Shown in pieces: positions 50,776 through 63,990 of a stretch of DNA of 64,000 nucleotides. Numbering within the stretch: position 1 is the stretch's first letter; each line of letters begins with the position of its first letter. Below the pieces are notes generated by a model. It had not been told where the DNA came from. It ran no database searches and saw nothing but the letters and a program-made list of their open reading frames with translations. The stretch lies in NCBI GenBank assembly GCA_951804945.1, contig OX638151.1, positions 78,306,001 through 78,370,000 on the forward strand. The letters are read 5' to 3'. The position numbers were made by a program, and so were the translations under genes. The DNA is from Podarcis cretensis. Lineage: Eukaryota.

Positions 50776-52970
50776 CGGAGCAGGGAGAGAGGGAAGGAAG
50801 GAAGGAAGGAAGGAAGGGGGAAGGAACAGAAAAGAAGTGGCGGCGGGGGCGGGGAAGAGACACAAACACACACACGGAAGAAAGGGAATAATAAAGATGA
50901 GGATGAGGAGGAAAAGTGTAGCTCCTCTGCTTGTAGCCACATGGGCTGAGTCCGGATCACGGGGGCTGTGTGTGAGACCGGAGGATGCTCACCTCCTCGG
51001 TAAAACAGCAAGAACAACAAGAAGAAGACACATAGGAAAACCACCTTTGTCTATGTTTACTGGAAAAGCAAGTAGGTCACAAACTGACCCTAGGCGCGCC
51101 GCGGTTAAGGCTACTGGTGGGGATGCTCTCCTGTTGCTCGCATTGTTTCCGAAACTTGGTTGGGTTCTTTTCAGGCGCAGGACGGCTTCGCTCTTTCGTT
51201 CCGCATCCCAACCCGCGCCCTCCCTTCCCCCTCACTCCGCCCCCGTCTGCTAGGCTACAAAGGAGGACTCGTCCTTTCAGTGGAAGGTATTCTTTGAAGG
51301 AAGCGGCAAGCAGCAGACTGGACGGGATCGGCCGAATCACGCCCTGCCAGAATCACAGGCTTCGTTGCGGGAGCCTCCCCTGTAAACTCCCGTCCAATGC
51401 CATTCTTGACTTGGCTGACAGGCGGACTGGGTGCATCCACGCACACACAGGCACGCACCGCTTCGTCACGTCCGTAGACCGACTCCTAACATTTCCCAGA
51501 TACTGTTTATCAGGAAAGGACAACTTTATATATTAAACAAGTACTTCTTGTAAATATCAGCCTGCCAACTTTGCAGGGACTCTTGCTTTCCAGTTACTCA
51601 GTCTACATCATCAGAAGGAGAGGGACGGCCTCGCTTCCTCCATGCGCGCATGTTTACATGTTTACAGTAAGCCCCACTGGTGTCAGTGGGATCTGGTCCT
51701 AAAGAAGTGCATTTATAGAACTGCAGCCAGTGAAGGGGCTTCAAGCTTTCAATATCTCTTCTCTCCCAAACGTGTCTCTCCCCACCCCCCGCTTGCGCTT
51801 CTCCTTGTGTTTGCACCCAGTAATCCGAGATAAACCTGCTGCTCCCTTCTCCACAGTGGCTGGAAAAGAAAGATGACTGCATGGAGAAAGGGGCGAGGAG
51901 GGGAGGGCTGTATGTTGCTGCTGCTGCTGCTGCTGCTTCGGGAGAGAGGCTCTGTCAAGTCCCCAAACTGTCCCAGAAGCAGGTGCTGCCTGAGAACAAA
52001 ACTAGGATTCGCTAAGAATTTCAAGGCTTAACACTTTGCAAATCGCGGAGGCAAAGCCAACTGCTATTGTTCGCAGAATCGCCGAGGCTCTCACTCCCTG
52101 GGGATCACCAGTATGTTTACAGACCTGCAACTTTTCTCTTTCCTTTCTTTCTTTCTTTCTTTCTTTCTGTTGTTCGGGCAGGAGCTTACGAAAAGGCGAG
52201 AGGGAATGGGGGACAACCCCCCCGCTACCGCCCCCTCCCCAGTTAAGCACATTTATGGAAACAAAACAAAATCCCATAAGTCCATTGATGTAGGTCTTAA
52301 GCCCATGTGTCGCCCCACAACTTTAGATGCATCGTGATGCTGATTGGCCCATCCTCCAGTGTGGTTCTCTGAAGAGTAAATAACATCCTTGCCAACATTT
52401 CCAAAAACATTTTGCTAAAGCTATGCTGCAGCTTCTGAGCTGAGGTCTAAGGGGCCGGAATGTTTAGCAACGACAGAACCATCCATGGTGTTCTGTGACC
52501 ACGCTGGGTTTCGCCTTAAAATAAGGGGCACTTGGCATCAGACTTCGCTGGACCTCCAAGAGTTAGAGCCCCAATTTGAGAAGCCAGAGCTTTGTTGTCC
52601 TACGACCAAACTCAACCGGGTCAGAGAATGGACACAATGTACACTCCAAATGATCTTACCCGAAATACCACACCAGGGCAGGAAGGGGAGGAGATTTACT
52701 AGCATCATTGGGAGAAGTAGCTTTTCTCAGAAGGTTTTTCTTTTCATGATTCATTATCCTAGCGAAGGCTATTTGGCTGGAAACATTTCTCTGCGCGAGA
52801 GAGGCGTCTGCAGACGCAAGCAAGAGGTTCCACAAACAGGAAACACACGGACAGGAAGAGAGAGGTTCTGGACACAGCAAGGGTTGTAGGAAGGCTTCAG
52901 TACTTTCAGACCAACTAGCTGCCAGTTCACCTGGAAGCCAATCAGTCATACTTTGTGTCAATGCAACATT

Positions 52971-53156
52971 GAATCATATAATTGTAGAGTGGGAAGGGGT
53001 CCCAAGTGTCATCTAGGTCCAACCTCCTTTAATGCAAGAATCTCAACTTGAACATAAATGACGGGATGGCCATCCAACCTTTGATTAAAAACATTCAAGG
53101 AAGGAGAGTCCGCCACCTCTCCTGAGAGTCCGTTCCACTGTGGAACGTCTCACACT
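52971..53156 (-). mobile_element. CR1 LINE 3'-terminal fragment
   Basis: gaatcatataattgtagagtgggaaggggtccc...ggccatccaacc...aaggaaggagagtccgccacc...gttccactg matches a CR1 3' end in reverse. Confidence 0.8.
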
Positions 53157-53297
53157 TTCGAGGAAGTGTGCACAGGATCATAACTGACTACCACGTTCCT
53201 GAATTTGGAAGCAAGTCTCCTTCAATTTATGTATGTCTTAGGTAAGTCACCTTATACAAGTCAACGTACATAAATAACTCAAGGGGTTAGCTTGTTG

Positions 53298-53630
53298 CAG
53301 GAGTGAGCAAACTTTTTCAGCAGGGGGCCAGTCCACTGTCCTTCAGACCTTGTGGGGGGGCCGGACTATATTTTTTTTTGGGGGGGGGGAATGAACGAAT
53401 TCCTATGCCCCACAAATAACCCAGAGATGCATTTTAAATAAAAGCACACATTCTACTCATGTAACACCAGGCAGGCCCCACAAATAACCCAGAGATGCAT
53501 TTTAAATACTACTCATGTTGATTCTACTCATTCTACTCATGCTGATTCCCGGACCGTCCGCGGGCCGGATTTAGAAGGCGATTGGACCGGATCTGCCCCC
53601 CCCGGGCCTTAGTTTGCCTACCTACCCATG
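53298..53630. mobile_element. Non-autonomous hAT MITE with internal duplication
   Basis: Ends CAGGAGTGAGCAAACT / AGTTTGCCTACC...CATG; ccccacaaataacccagagatgcattttaaata at ~53408 and ~53476; TSD not resolved. Confidence 0.75.
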
Positions 53631-54094
53631 TTGTAAGGGGTGCACATCACGGCTGTGGCCTGGCCTGGCCACTTTGCTAGATTCTAAGAAAGGGGAAGAA
53701 AAGAACTTACGCGGGTTGGCGTCTTTATATGCAAGTTATATGGGGGAAAGTCTTTACTCGAGACTTTTCAGGATTGCAAACATTTGGTTTTCTTTGAACA
53801 AATTTAATGCAATCATATCTATACAATACCATAACTTTCACCGCAGCCTTTCCACAGAATAGCAGTCTGTGCTACATCAACAGCCAGATTAACCAGGCTG
53901 TCGTCCTCTACACATTCAGCTGAGCTTAAGTCCAACTGAACTGAAGGGCATTCAGACTGGACATGCGTAGGATTGCGCTGCATCAGATTTATTATAGCAT
54001 AAGCTTTCCTGGACCACTGTCATCCTGGATCGGGAGGCAAATCTCGCCCCACTCCAGTGTGTGTATAGCTGCCTGCCAATTTAGGGTTGTACTC

Positions 54095-54178
54095 GATGCA
54101 TCTGATGAAGTGGAATCTAGCAGAGGAAAGCTTTATGCCATAGCCTTTTAGGCTACCTTAACGCTCCTTGCTGTTTCA
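54095..54178 (+). mobile_element. Penelope-like retroelement fragment with a degenerate minimal hammerhead ribozyme
   Basis: GCAT-CTGATGA(54102-54108)-...-GAAA(54126-54129)-GCTTT-ATGC; stem II does not pair. Confidence 0.5.
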
Positions 54179-54649
54179 GGAGCAATAGTTCGGAGCTGCG
54201 GTAGAATTTGACCCTATAGTTTAGGGGGGTTTAACAAGAATACGCCGAAGTTCTCCCCCTCCCCCAGCTTGTCCCTGTTTACTTTGTTAACACTTATGTA
54301 TTGTTTCTCATCAGCCCAAAGCAGCTGGACGCTGTGAATAACATACAAGAACAATGCAATTGGGCTAGTTTCCCTCCCAAACACCATACTGAAGTGCTTT
54401 TAAGCGAACACGATGTGCAGTCTTGAACCACTGAAAGTCAGTGGAAACAAGCAAAGTGTGTTTGCACAATTAAAGGAGTTTTGGAATAGGGAAGCACTCT
54501 TCTCAGTTCTGCCTGGTGTTTGCAAGGATTTCTTTCAGGAGTGCGGGTTGAAAGCCAAGAAGGTGTGGGGGGTGAGTTTCTCCTTCCATGGCCTCTTATT
54601 AGGCGCATCTCCCACCGAGTTCTCTGACAGTCTACTTGAATAGAGAGAT

Positions 54650-55620
54650 CTCCCAACAGGCCAACCCACCCCTGGCATTAGTGGAAAGCGGCCAGCGGCA
54701 CCCCTCCCCCCCCCATTCCCGGTCAACACTTTAACTAGCCACGTGAAATTAGTCCTCCTCTTCCCGCTGAGGAGGAGGGAAGTCAGTCGTGTGCGTGCGT
54801 GTGCACATTTGTCTGTGTTGGAAGCAAAGAGGCAGCTGTTGCTGTTAGGAAGCCGGGCAAGCTGGGATGCCCGGGCAACAGGATCCTGTTTTCGTCCCAG
54901 GACAGGACCACTAAATTGTCAGGCTTAACTTCCCCCCCCTCCTGGAACAGCGCAGCTGCTGCAAATCCTTGGACGAGGCCACTGCGTGCCACACACACAT
55001 ACACACGTTAGAAAGAGCAGCTTAACACGGAATGGAAAAATAAGTAAGTAAAACAAGAGTATGTTGCCCTAAAAAAAAAAGGGGCGGGCGAAGAAAAAGG
55101 TTAGTTTCCTTTTCCTTCATGCATCGTTATCCCCTCTTAGCCCCTTCCTGCCTCCCCCCACCCTACAGTACACCGACGAAATCAACATCTTCTATGAATT
55201 TCCCCAGCGGGGAAGTGCTCAGAGCGCAAGTGGGTGAAATTCGGGAGGCGCCAGAAGCAGAAGTCCCGCCTCCCCGTCTCCATCATTCTGCTTATCCCGG
55301 TCATGAATATTGTTTCTTATAAGCATCCTTCGCTCGCTTCTCCCTCTCCCTCCCTTCCCTCCCTCTCTCTGTGTCCGCGGAGGAAGAAGCCGCCGCCGCT
55401 GGAAGCAGCAAAGGAGCTTCGCTTGTCTGACTGCAGGGCGGGGGAGGGCGCAGCAGCCGAGGGAGCAGAGAGCGCGGGCGGCGGGCAGGCGGGGAGGGGG
55501 CGGTTTCAAGAACCGGAGACTCCGTCGTTCAGTTCGGAACGGGCCGAGCGGGTCCTTGGAAGCGGTTTGGGTCCACGCGCTGGGAGTGTGAAAGAGACAT
55601 TCATGTGCCTGTCCCTTTTG
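54650..55620. promoter_or_regulatory. CpG island ~4-5 kb upstream of POU3F2
   Basis: High GC/CpG, GC boxes, no credible ORF. Confidence 0.6.
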
Positions 55621-58600
55621 TCTCTGAGCTGACCCTGGATGGAGAGGTTCCCGGAGCCTTTATTTCCTTTTCTCTGCCCACAGAAAAGCAGGTTGAAGGT
55701 GAGGCGATGTATTGGGCAGAGACGCTGCAATGGGTTTCTCTCTCTCTCTCTCTCCCTTTCCCCCCTCTTTCTTTCTTTCTTTCTTTCTTTCTTCATTCAG
55801 CTCAGTCCTTCTTCTCCTTCCCGCCCATCACTGTTCAAAGCAGCTGTTCAAATACTAGGGCTGCTTACTTTGACGGGAAGAGGATTTTCAAACAAACCTT
55901 AAAAAGCTTTGAACTGACAGGCCTCCTTGATATCTCCTTCATTCCAGTATAGCTCCCTGAGAATATTCTCCATAGGAGGGGGAAAAATGGATATACACAG
56001 AAAGATAGAGAGGGGGCGACGTCGAATGGTGTGTGTGTGTCTGCGCGCGTAGAAGGTCCCGTTCAAAGGTGGGCTCCAGGGGCTGATCCTACCGGAGCGC
56101 AGGATCAAAATCAAAGCAGTTCCAGAGGTGGAACTTGTGTGGATTTCAGGCTCCTGTTGTCAGCTGGGTTGTGAAATCTCCCATTGGTTAAGTGGGCAAA
56201 CACTGAATCACTCACAGCAAACCCTAAATTTCTCTTGCAGGGAGAAGGAAGACACAGGATACAAAATGATTTAAAACAACCAACCAACCAACCAACCAAA
56301 CAAACAAACAGAAAACACTCGAGACATTTCGAGCAAGATTTTGTGGTGGCTCAGGCACCCACGAACAGATTGGGATCCAACACGGTTCCCCTGCTCACTT
56401 GTCAACCATCCCAACAGGACACCGACAATGAGTTTGTTAAACTTTATCGATTCATCTGCTGATCACAGATAAATGCCATGAAACCTTTAATTGTACTTCT
56501 GGACTAACAGAAAACAAAAACAGCAATCCACTTGGGTTCAGGCAGTGCAATTTCCTAAGCAACACACAGATTGAATTGATCCAGTTAGACTTTACCATCT
56601 TAAAAAGTCTTCCATATTGAGGCAGGCTGCCCCCTCAACCCTTCCCCCCTTCTCACAGCCCTTTCCTTCCACTAATGCATAGAAATGAAAACTTTGCAGC
56701 TGACACATGCCTCTTAGGGGAAAATGTATGAAATTCTGTGTCTACTTGCTTGGCGACTAAGCCCGGCTGAACTCCGTAGGACTAGCGCCCATTCGAACCT
56801 GCATAGGATCGTGCGACCTCCCCACTCTCCCACGCCCCTTGCCCTGCCGCTTTTACCCCTTGATCCTAAAATACATGGACATAGCACCCATACCATAGGC
56901 TTAAGGTGTGAAGAAGCTGTAATACAGCCCAGTACGGATGGACGCACACAGGCACTGCTGCTGCTCCTCCTCCCTCCCCTCCCTTCTCCCCTCCCCTCCC
57001 CCCTCCAATTCAAAGGCCGAGCCTGGAGATGTGTGCACGCACATGTGCTAGCCTAGGACGCATTTAATGTAACTATTGTGAGCCTGGGCTGTTTTGATCT
57101 TGTTCCCTTTTAACCTTTCGATACGAGGAACCATTCAATCCTGCGCTTTGGCGGAGCTTTTTCCACTGGGGCTCGAATGAGCCTGATTTAGTGGAGAGCG
57201 AGAGACCCCAACAACACATGAATGAAACTTCAACTTTTAAGGGCCTATGCAGAAGGACCAGAAAAAGAAACGCGGGGGGCGGAGGGGGGGTGAAGAGGAG
57301 GAAGGAAGGGGAAGGGGGAAAAAAGCGCCCCTCTCCGAAGCCGGGGCTTCACAAGTGATCGCTTGAAGAATCCGATCTGGCACAAAGAGGCAGCTGGGCT
57401 GTTTTAATGAAATCTGCCTTCAAGCCGCAAGAGCTGCAGCCTCAGGGATGCATTTATAAGATGACTGAAAAGCTACACTTTCAAGTCGGGGCTCCTTCGG
57501 GTGGCTGTAACAAACACATGATTTAACTAAGAAGCCTAAACAGAATGGACGGAAATTGATAACTCTGATTGCGCGCGGTCACACTTCCCACGCTCACCAT
57601 TTGAACCGGCTTCTCCCTCCCTCAGACAAAAAGGCCAACTTACTTGCCACAGTATCGATATCCCCAGAAGACAGAAAAGAGAAGGATTCTTCCCTCTCCC
57701 ACCCAGCCCATGAAAACTTTGAGAGGGGGAACGCTGAAGATTTATCACTTTCCCTCCTCCAACTAGTATTCCGCTGACAACTCCTAAGCTGACTGCCAAA
57801 TTTTATCTGCCTCGCTGTTTCAAACAAGCAGGATAGAATGTTCTGCGTTCAGTACTTGAAATTAGTGATTTGAATTCCAGGATATTAGTCTCTTTTCCCC
57901 ACCCTCCTCACCCCATCCCTGCTTCATCCTCCCGTTCTGAATCTTGTCATTAAAAATGATCCACCCTTTGTAGTCCGCAAGTGAATATTTTATAGGCAGA
58001 TACCACTACGAACACTTCTAACAGAACGTCAACCAGTCAGACTTTAGCTGTTTCAGGGATTACTTTGAGTAATTTATCAAAGGAATGCTGCTAAATTTGG
58101 AGTGGTGAATATGAGGCCTTGGGGGGGGGGGAGCGAAGGGAAGGGGGGAAATGAAGGGGGACAATTTCCATCAGGCTGGGAGGCGAATCCTGTACTCAGA
58201 ACTAATGTCGCTTGTTTGTACTGAAATTTCAGACAGAAGACAAGATGCTATTTATTGGTAGAGAAGAGTTTATTTGTATGCGATGTCGTTTCCAAAGGCT
58301 TTGTTGTTAAAGTGACTCTTCCCTCTCCCCTTTAACAATGTGAGTTAAAGGGGATTTCTTTTGGCAGGCAAGTAGGTGAATAAGCTATAGAGGGACTGCA
58401 AGGATCACTCAAAGCTTCTGTTTAAGCTGGTGTAGGAAGATTTTCACGAGAAACCTTATTCTTTTTTAACAGACTGTTTGAAGATGTATGCCTCACACAT
58501 CCATCTTCGGGTTTCATGAATCTTATTTCAAATTACCTGTGGCCCTTAAATTACCCGCGGAAACTTTCCCTAAAATTTGGAATGTTATAGATTGCGTCTG

Positions 58601-60605
58601 TCCCTAAAATTACTGGATGTATCCCAAATACTTCTGACAAAAGCAGATCTCAGTATATTATGTCATTAGCAGAGTCTACCCAAGGCATTTGTGAAATCTA
58701 CCCCGCTGCACATGCACTTTTAAAAGGTTATAGTATAAAAACTTTATGTATTCTATTTAGGACGTCCTCCTTTCCACTCCTGATCGTGTGCGATGTGTGG
58801 GTGTGGGGGAGACTATTCCATCATGCCGGCTTCCCCCTGACAACTAAAGAAGTTGTTATTTTCCTAAGAGAGGATTAAAGGAGGGGGGGGGGAATACATG
58901 CAGCTCAGAAAGGATTTCTTTCTTATTGTACATGACTCAGGGAAATTATTCTTCCTTGAACAGGTTACATGTTCTTATGTTTCCGTGAATGGCGAGTTGG
59001 AGGAAGGACGAAGACGCACAGAGAGACAAAATAAAGCAGCACTCAAGTGACTTGTTCTGTCTCCTGTGCTTCACTTTATCCAAGGGGAAAGGAGAAGGCA
59101 GCGGATTCGTGGTGACAGGATTCCTCCCCATAAAAGAACCGGGGCTCGATTTCAGCAACTGTAAACTCAGCTTATGCTTGGAAGGCGGAGTGGTGGGGTG
59201 AGGGCAAGGACGAGGAAGGCCCAAAGCCAGCGACACTGAAACTTACGCATATTTGGCCGTATAATAAAGATAATGATGATGTTAGGAATTCAAAAAGAAG
59301 ATGCTTGCTACTCTTTTCTTGGGAGTGGGGCAAAATCTTGAACAGAAATGCAACCCACCGCACTTCTGTGACAGTGCAGCAGAAGTTAAATGCAAAAGCC
59401 AAGACGGGGCTACCGCACTCAAAGCTTTTAGTGGACAGTGGCAGCCCAGACAGCCCTAAACACGCTCACTGCGAAGACAGTTCCAATGAACTCGGTGGTG
59501 GGCGTCATTTATTTCTCCTCTCGCGCTCTCTCTGGCTTTTTTTTATGGCATGTGCCCCCTCGATCTCCTTTGTGAACCAAACAAAACAGAGACCGATGCG
59601 TAAATCATGTCACGTTAAAAGGAGGGGACGGCTCTGATCCTCTTGCAGCGGCCAAGTTTTTAAATGCAAACAGGACTGCGACCCTTGTGCTTTCCATACA
59701 AACGCAAAACTCAGTGACTGGGCCAGTGGCCTACTTGAAGTCATATTATGCACATAGAAAACTGGGAGAGCTGCACAAAGTTGTCAAGTACAGCTAACTA
59801 GAACCGGTTAAACTGACTTTACCCTGCTGGGTATTACAAGAAGAACCAGCCTCATCTGGTCCGCGCACTGCGATTCTAAGCGTGGCTTCTCGAAGTTACT
59901 TTTCAGTACTGATTAGGATTGCAGCCCATTCAGTGTAACTTTTGGAGCCCATTCAGTGTAACGAAGGGTCGAGGTTACAAATCGCCGCAAAAGCCAACTG
60001 TACACTGCCTGAGTGTGTTACTCGCGGGTACTTTGCCACGGGTGTGCATCTCAGGTAGTGGGTGTGCTGATGATGAGAAAGAGACAGCCTGTTAAATTAG
60101 GAACACCCCCCCCTTCCTCCCCTGCTCTGTTTCAGGAGCGCTGTGAAGATTGTTAAAATGGCTCGGGGACTGAGCGGAGGGGGGGGGGATGTGTTTCTTC
60201 TTTGCTAGGATTTGGAAGAGGAGGAGCAGGACGCCGACGAAGGGAAGGGAGGCAAACACGGAGGCCGGCCCATTGTCCAGAGAGGGTGCATTTTTGTCAG
60301 CCCACTGTTGGTTGCTATAGTGAGGACGCAAAACCAAACAGAAGAGCACACACAGTTCGCCTCGCTCAGCTCTCCCCAGCTTCTGGGAGAGGGAGTCCAC
60401 CCGCCCCCCACAACATAGTCCCAACCAAAATAAAAGCGCCAGCACTGACCCAAGAGAGGTGCGTGTCTTCAAACTAGGGACAGAGGAGAGGGCGCAGGTC
60501 AGGATTAGGGAGAAGCAGGAATCCGGCCAGCGGGTAGGATAAGTCCCCCTCCCAGTCTAAACTGTCTAAATAAACCCACAACCCGGTTAAAGCTGGTCAC
60601 GCCAA

Positions 60606-60680
60606 CGCAATCCTATACATGTCAACTCAGAAGGAAGACCCAGGGGGCTTCTTCCCAATAAAATGGGCATAGGATTGCAG
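60606..60680. mobile_element. Palindromic GCAATCCTAT...ATAGGATTGC element (same family as 33081-33174)
   Basis: Perfect 10-bp inverted ends at 60607-60616 and 60669-60678. Confidence 0.65.
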
Positions 60681-61839
60681 CATCACCACTGACTAGTTTT
60701 AGAGGTCGAGGCTATCATCCGCTTTGCGTCAAGCATATCGTCTCAAAGTGGACTGGCGGAGTCCTCTGCAGCAAATAAATAAAGCTTTGTTTCAACCTTC
60801 GTTCTTACTCCAAGCCACCAAACGAAACGCACTATTAACTGTCTACCTGGAAGCAATATTACTATATCGATCTTGTCTGAGTTCCGTGGAACTCAGCGAG
60901 ACTTACTTCTTTGAAAACATACTGTACTAGGGATTGTGTTGCCAGATGCAAGCTAGAGAGCGCTACTTCTGGGCAGACAACAGTAGATGCCATAGAAACT
61001 TCCTCTTCCTCTCCCGAACTTGTACTGTCTCTGTTCCACAGGCATACCTCTTTGTCTTTTTATTATCTAATTAAGGAAAACAACAATAACACAACCCAGC
61101 AATCCTTTTCTTCTGGGGTAAGGATGAGAGCGGGAGAGCAGCAGAGCTCTTTACAGTTTTTTTTTTTTAAATAAGAGACTCTTATTTTGCAGAGGTGGGT
61201 TCTTTTCTTTCCCTTTTCCCTTTCTGTAGTTCTTGCCTTGCTATTCAGCTTCGAAAAATAGCGAGGAGGGAGAAGGCAATATAATGAAGGTTCTTGGCTC
61301 AAGATTTTTTAGTGAAGCGCGTGGTTCGAGGTGACAAGAAAGTTAGTTACTTAGTTAATTGGGAATTAGTTCACTGAGAATCTGTTCTGGTCCTTCCAGC
61401 AGTTTGTTTTAATGGCGTGCGTTTTTTGTTTTAGTAGCTTCCCTCTCCCTATATGTCACCCCCCTCCCCAGGAGAATTAAAGAAAAGAGGTCAGTATGTT
61501 TTCAAATGGATCTGTCTGTCTGTCCGTCTGTCTATCCTCCCCTGAAAAAGGAGGATGGGTCTGTCATAACTTGCTTCCCCCACCCCTTCATCTGCTCTGT
61601 GTGATCTAAACCCGACAAGGTTTAGAATTCTGTAGATGTGAAACTTTATAGCTAGAAACCCGAGGCACTTGAAACGAGAAATAAAGAACTCTTAATTAAT
61701 TATACTGGACAGTCATTATCTTATCCAATGCGGTGTGTGTGTGAGAGAGAGTACACGTGTATGCGGGCGCGCGCATGCATCTAGTCTGTGTAGTTTTCCA
61801 ACGGCAGTTGACGAATGTTATTGGTACAGAGGGCGGGGG

Positions 61840-62300
61840 GGAATTTTTACAGGCCGTCATTTAATGCATTATTCACATTTTAATAAAAACGCTTGAAAGA
61901 AATCATCTTAATGAAGAGAACATTTGTAGTAATTTGGTGATAATTATCAGAATCACCCAATATTCGCAGAGGCTGTATCATTACGTGTTGGGAGAAAAGC
62001 AAAGCACATTATTTTAATAGTCTGATATGCAAACTATGGACCATTCAATTACATGGCTTAATAATGCATACATGATGTGATCTTGTTATTGGGATAGGGA
62101 GGTCTGCGGTAATACACTCCAAAGACCAAGTTGTGCTCTTACATCCAGTAAAATCCATTGCTATGGATCAGGGGGCCTTGCCAAACTACATTTAAGAGAA
62201 TAAAAATTAATGACTGAGAATCTGAGCGTTAAATTAACATTAATTATATGACCTGCTTGCTGGAAAGATTAAATTTCTTACGCCCTAATTAGATAACATC
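61840..62300. promoter_or_regulatory. Candidate conserved non-coding enhancer (homeodomain/POU motif-dense)
   Basis: Repeat-free AT-rich block between CpG-rich segments; many TAAT/ATTA cores, TAATGCAT twice, ATGCAAAC. Confidence 0.45.
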
Positions 62301-62429
62301 TTCTAGTACATCAAACAATTTCCTTTCCCAGATTTTGGTGTTCGGGAAAAAAAACACCCCACCCCAAAGAAACAAACAGGCAGAATGAATCAGGGAGGGG
62401 TGTGGGCATGCTGTTCTTTCCTCTGAGCC

Positions 62430-62981
62430 TTGGCAAGATCTAGCAGTCCCCAGGCTGCCTTCCTTTGCTTCTTCCGGAGTTTGCCGTGGTGGGCGGTGGG
62501 GGCGGGGAGGGGGCGCGCGGCAGGGAACGGGAGTCCAGGGAATAATCTCGGATCAACCTGTTCCTACAGCTGGATTTCTTTAAGCAATTCCACTGCAAGT
62601 GCCTGGCAGATTAGCAGATCCAAGGTAATAATCAAAACGCAGAAGGCTTTCTTCCCAGTACCAAATCACTCCACTAGGTGCCGAGAGTCTCTCCCCTTCT
62701 TTTAGAAGCGGCTCTCGCAGGGAGCAAGTTGTCAGGTTCAGGCTTACGGGGCAGCCGAATATCTCGGGCCCTCCTCTCCTTCCCCTCCCCCGCAGCTCCA
62801 TCCTCCTCCTCAGGGACACACAAACTGTCTGTGTGGGGCAGAGACGCGGAGCAACCCCCATCCCCCGGCCCTCCCGGGCTCCTCCGCAAACAGTTTATTT
62901 ACAGTGACACTTCAGAGAATCCGACCACTGATTTTGCCAAGCGCTGTGGCGACGCGATTATATTGGGAATATGGAATAAAA

Positions 62982-63015
<34 letters not shown>

Positions 63016-63990
63016 GAGATAAGCCCCGCCCCGCATAATCGATCACGTGACATAGCGCGCGCGCGCACTCTTTGAATGGCGATGCCCTCAACTTCGGAGA
63101 GACAAAGATTTGGGGGCAGGAAGGAGAAGGCGCTTGTGGGGTGGGGAGGAATGACGGGACTCTCTCACACCCCCCAACTCAAAGGGACTCGCCTCTCTGG
63201 TGTTTCTAACTCCTTCAGTTCGGGTGAAGGTTTCTAGTCCTCATGGTAGGACTGGCTGTCGCCCAGCCCGCTCTCCTAAGTTCGTGACTCCTTCACTCCA
63301 GGTAACTCCGGGGAAAACGCAATAAGACTTTCCTTCGGGTTACTCCACCCTCAGCATTCAACGGACCTATATTTGACCCTTTGACCCAGTTCACCTCTAG
63401 AAAACATACTTTATATCCCTCTCTCGCCTTTAGCGAGGTTGCTGCCTAAAGCTCCTTCGGGCTACGTCCTGAGAGCATTATATGCTACTTATACATGTTT
63501 TTTAACCCAAACAAACCTTTCTAACAAAGGTTCGGCACGCAGGGGACCGCGCTGTGACTGCCTTCAGCTTTGGTAGCGAAAAGGACAGCAGCCTCGTCCT
63601 CAGGGAAGGCGGGAAAGACCACGAAGGTTCGCGCGCTAGAGCTGGACAACAGGTGCGGAGTTTCCCAGGGCTCCGTAGCCGGGGGGGGGGGGCGTGCCCT
63701 GTCACGTGGGCTCAGCGGACAGCGAAGAGGGCTTTGCGGAGACCGGAGTCAGCCCCGCTTTGCAGTGACTGCGCCTCCAGAGAGGCCAAGGAACAGGCGC
63801 TTAATTTAGCCTCGTCGTATTATTTCCACAACAACCTGCCTGGGGTAGCTTAGCTGAGTGATAGGGGCTGGTCGGAAATTTATACCTCAGCCCCTTCTCC
63901 GATTCCACGTTCCCTCTCTCCACACCGGTTGCTTTTTTGGGGGGCGGGGCGGGAAATGCGGTGAATATGGCCACAAGTTCAGACGGCTTG
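62430..63990. promoter_or_regulatory. CpG-rich, promoter-like region at the window end
   Basis: TCACGTGAC (~63043), (GC)n run ~63055-63066, GTCACGTG (63701), GGGGCGGGGCGGGAAA (~63941-63956). Confidence 0.5.

Larger units (their letters stand above)
48560..51500. promoter_or_regulatory. CpG island covering the POU3F2 body and promoter
   Basis: Very high GC and CpG density. Confidence 0.85.

Noticed and set aside
50480-50875. 132-aa N-terminal extension of POU3F2 in the ORF track
   Set aside because: Starts at GTG in a (GT)n tract and runs through the CCAAT promoter and a (TTCC)n repeat; the recognised start is the ATG at 50479
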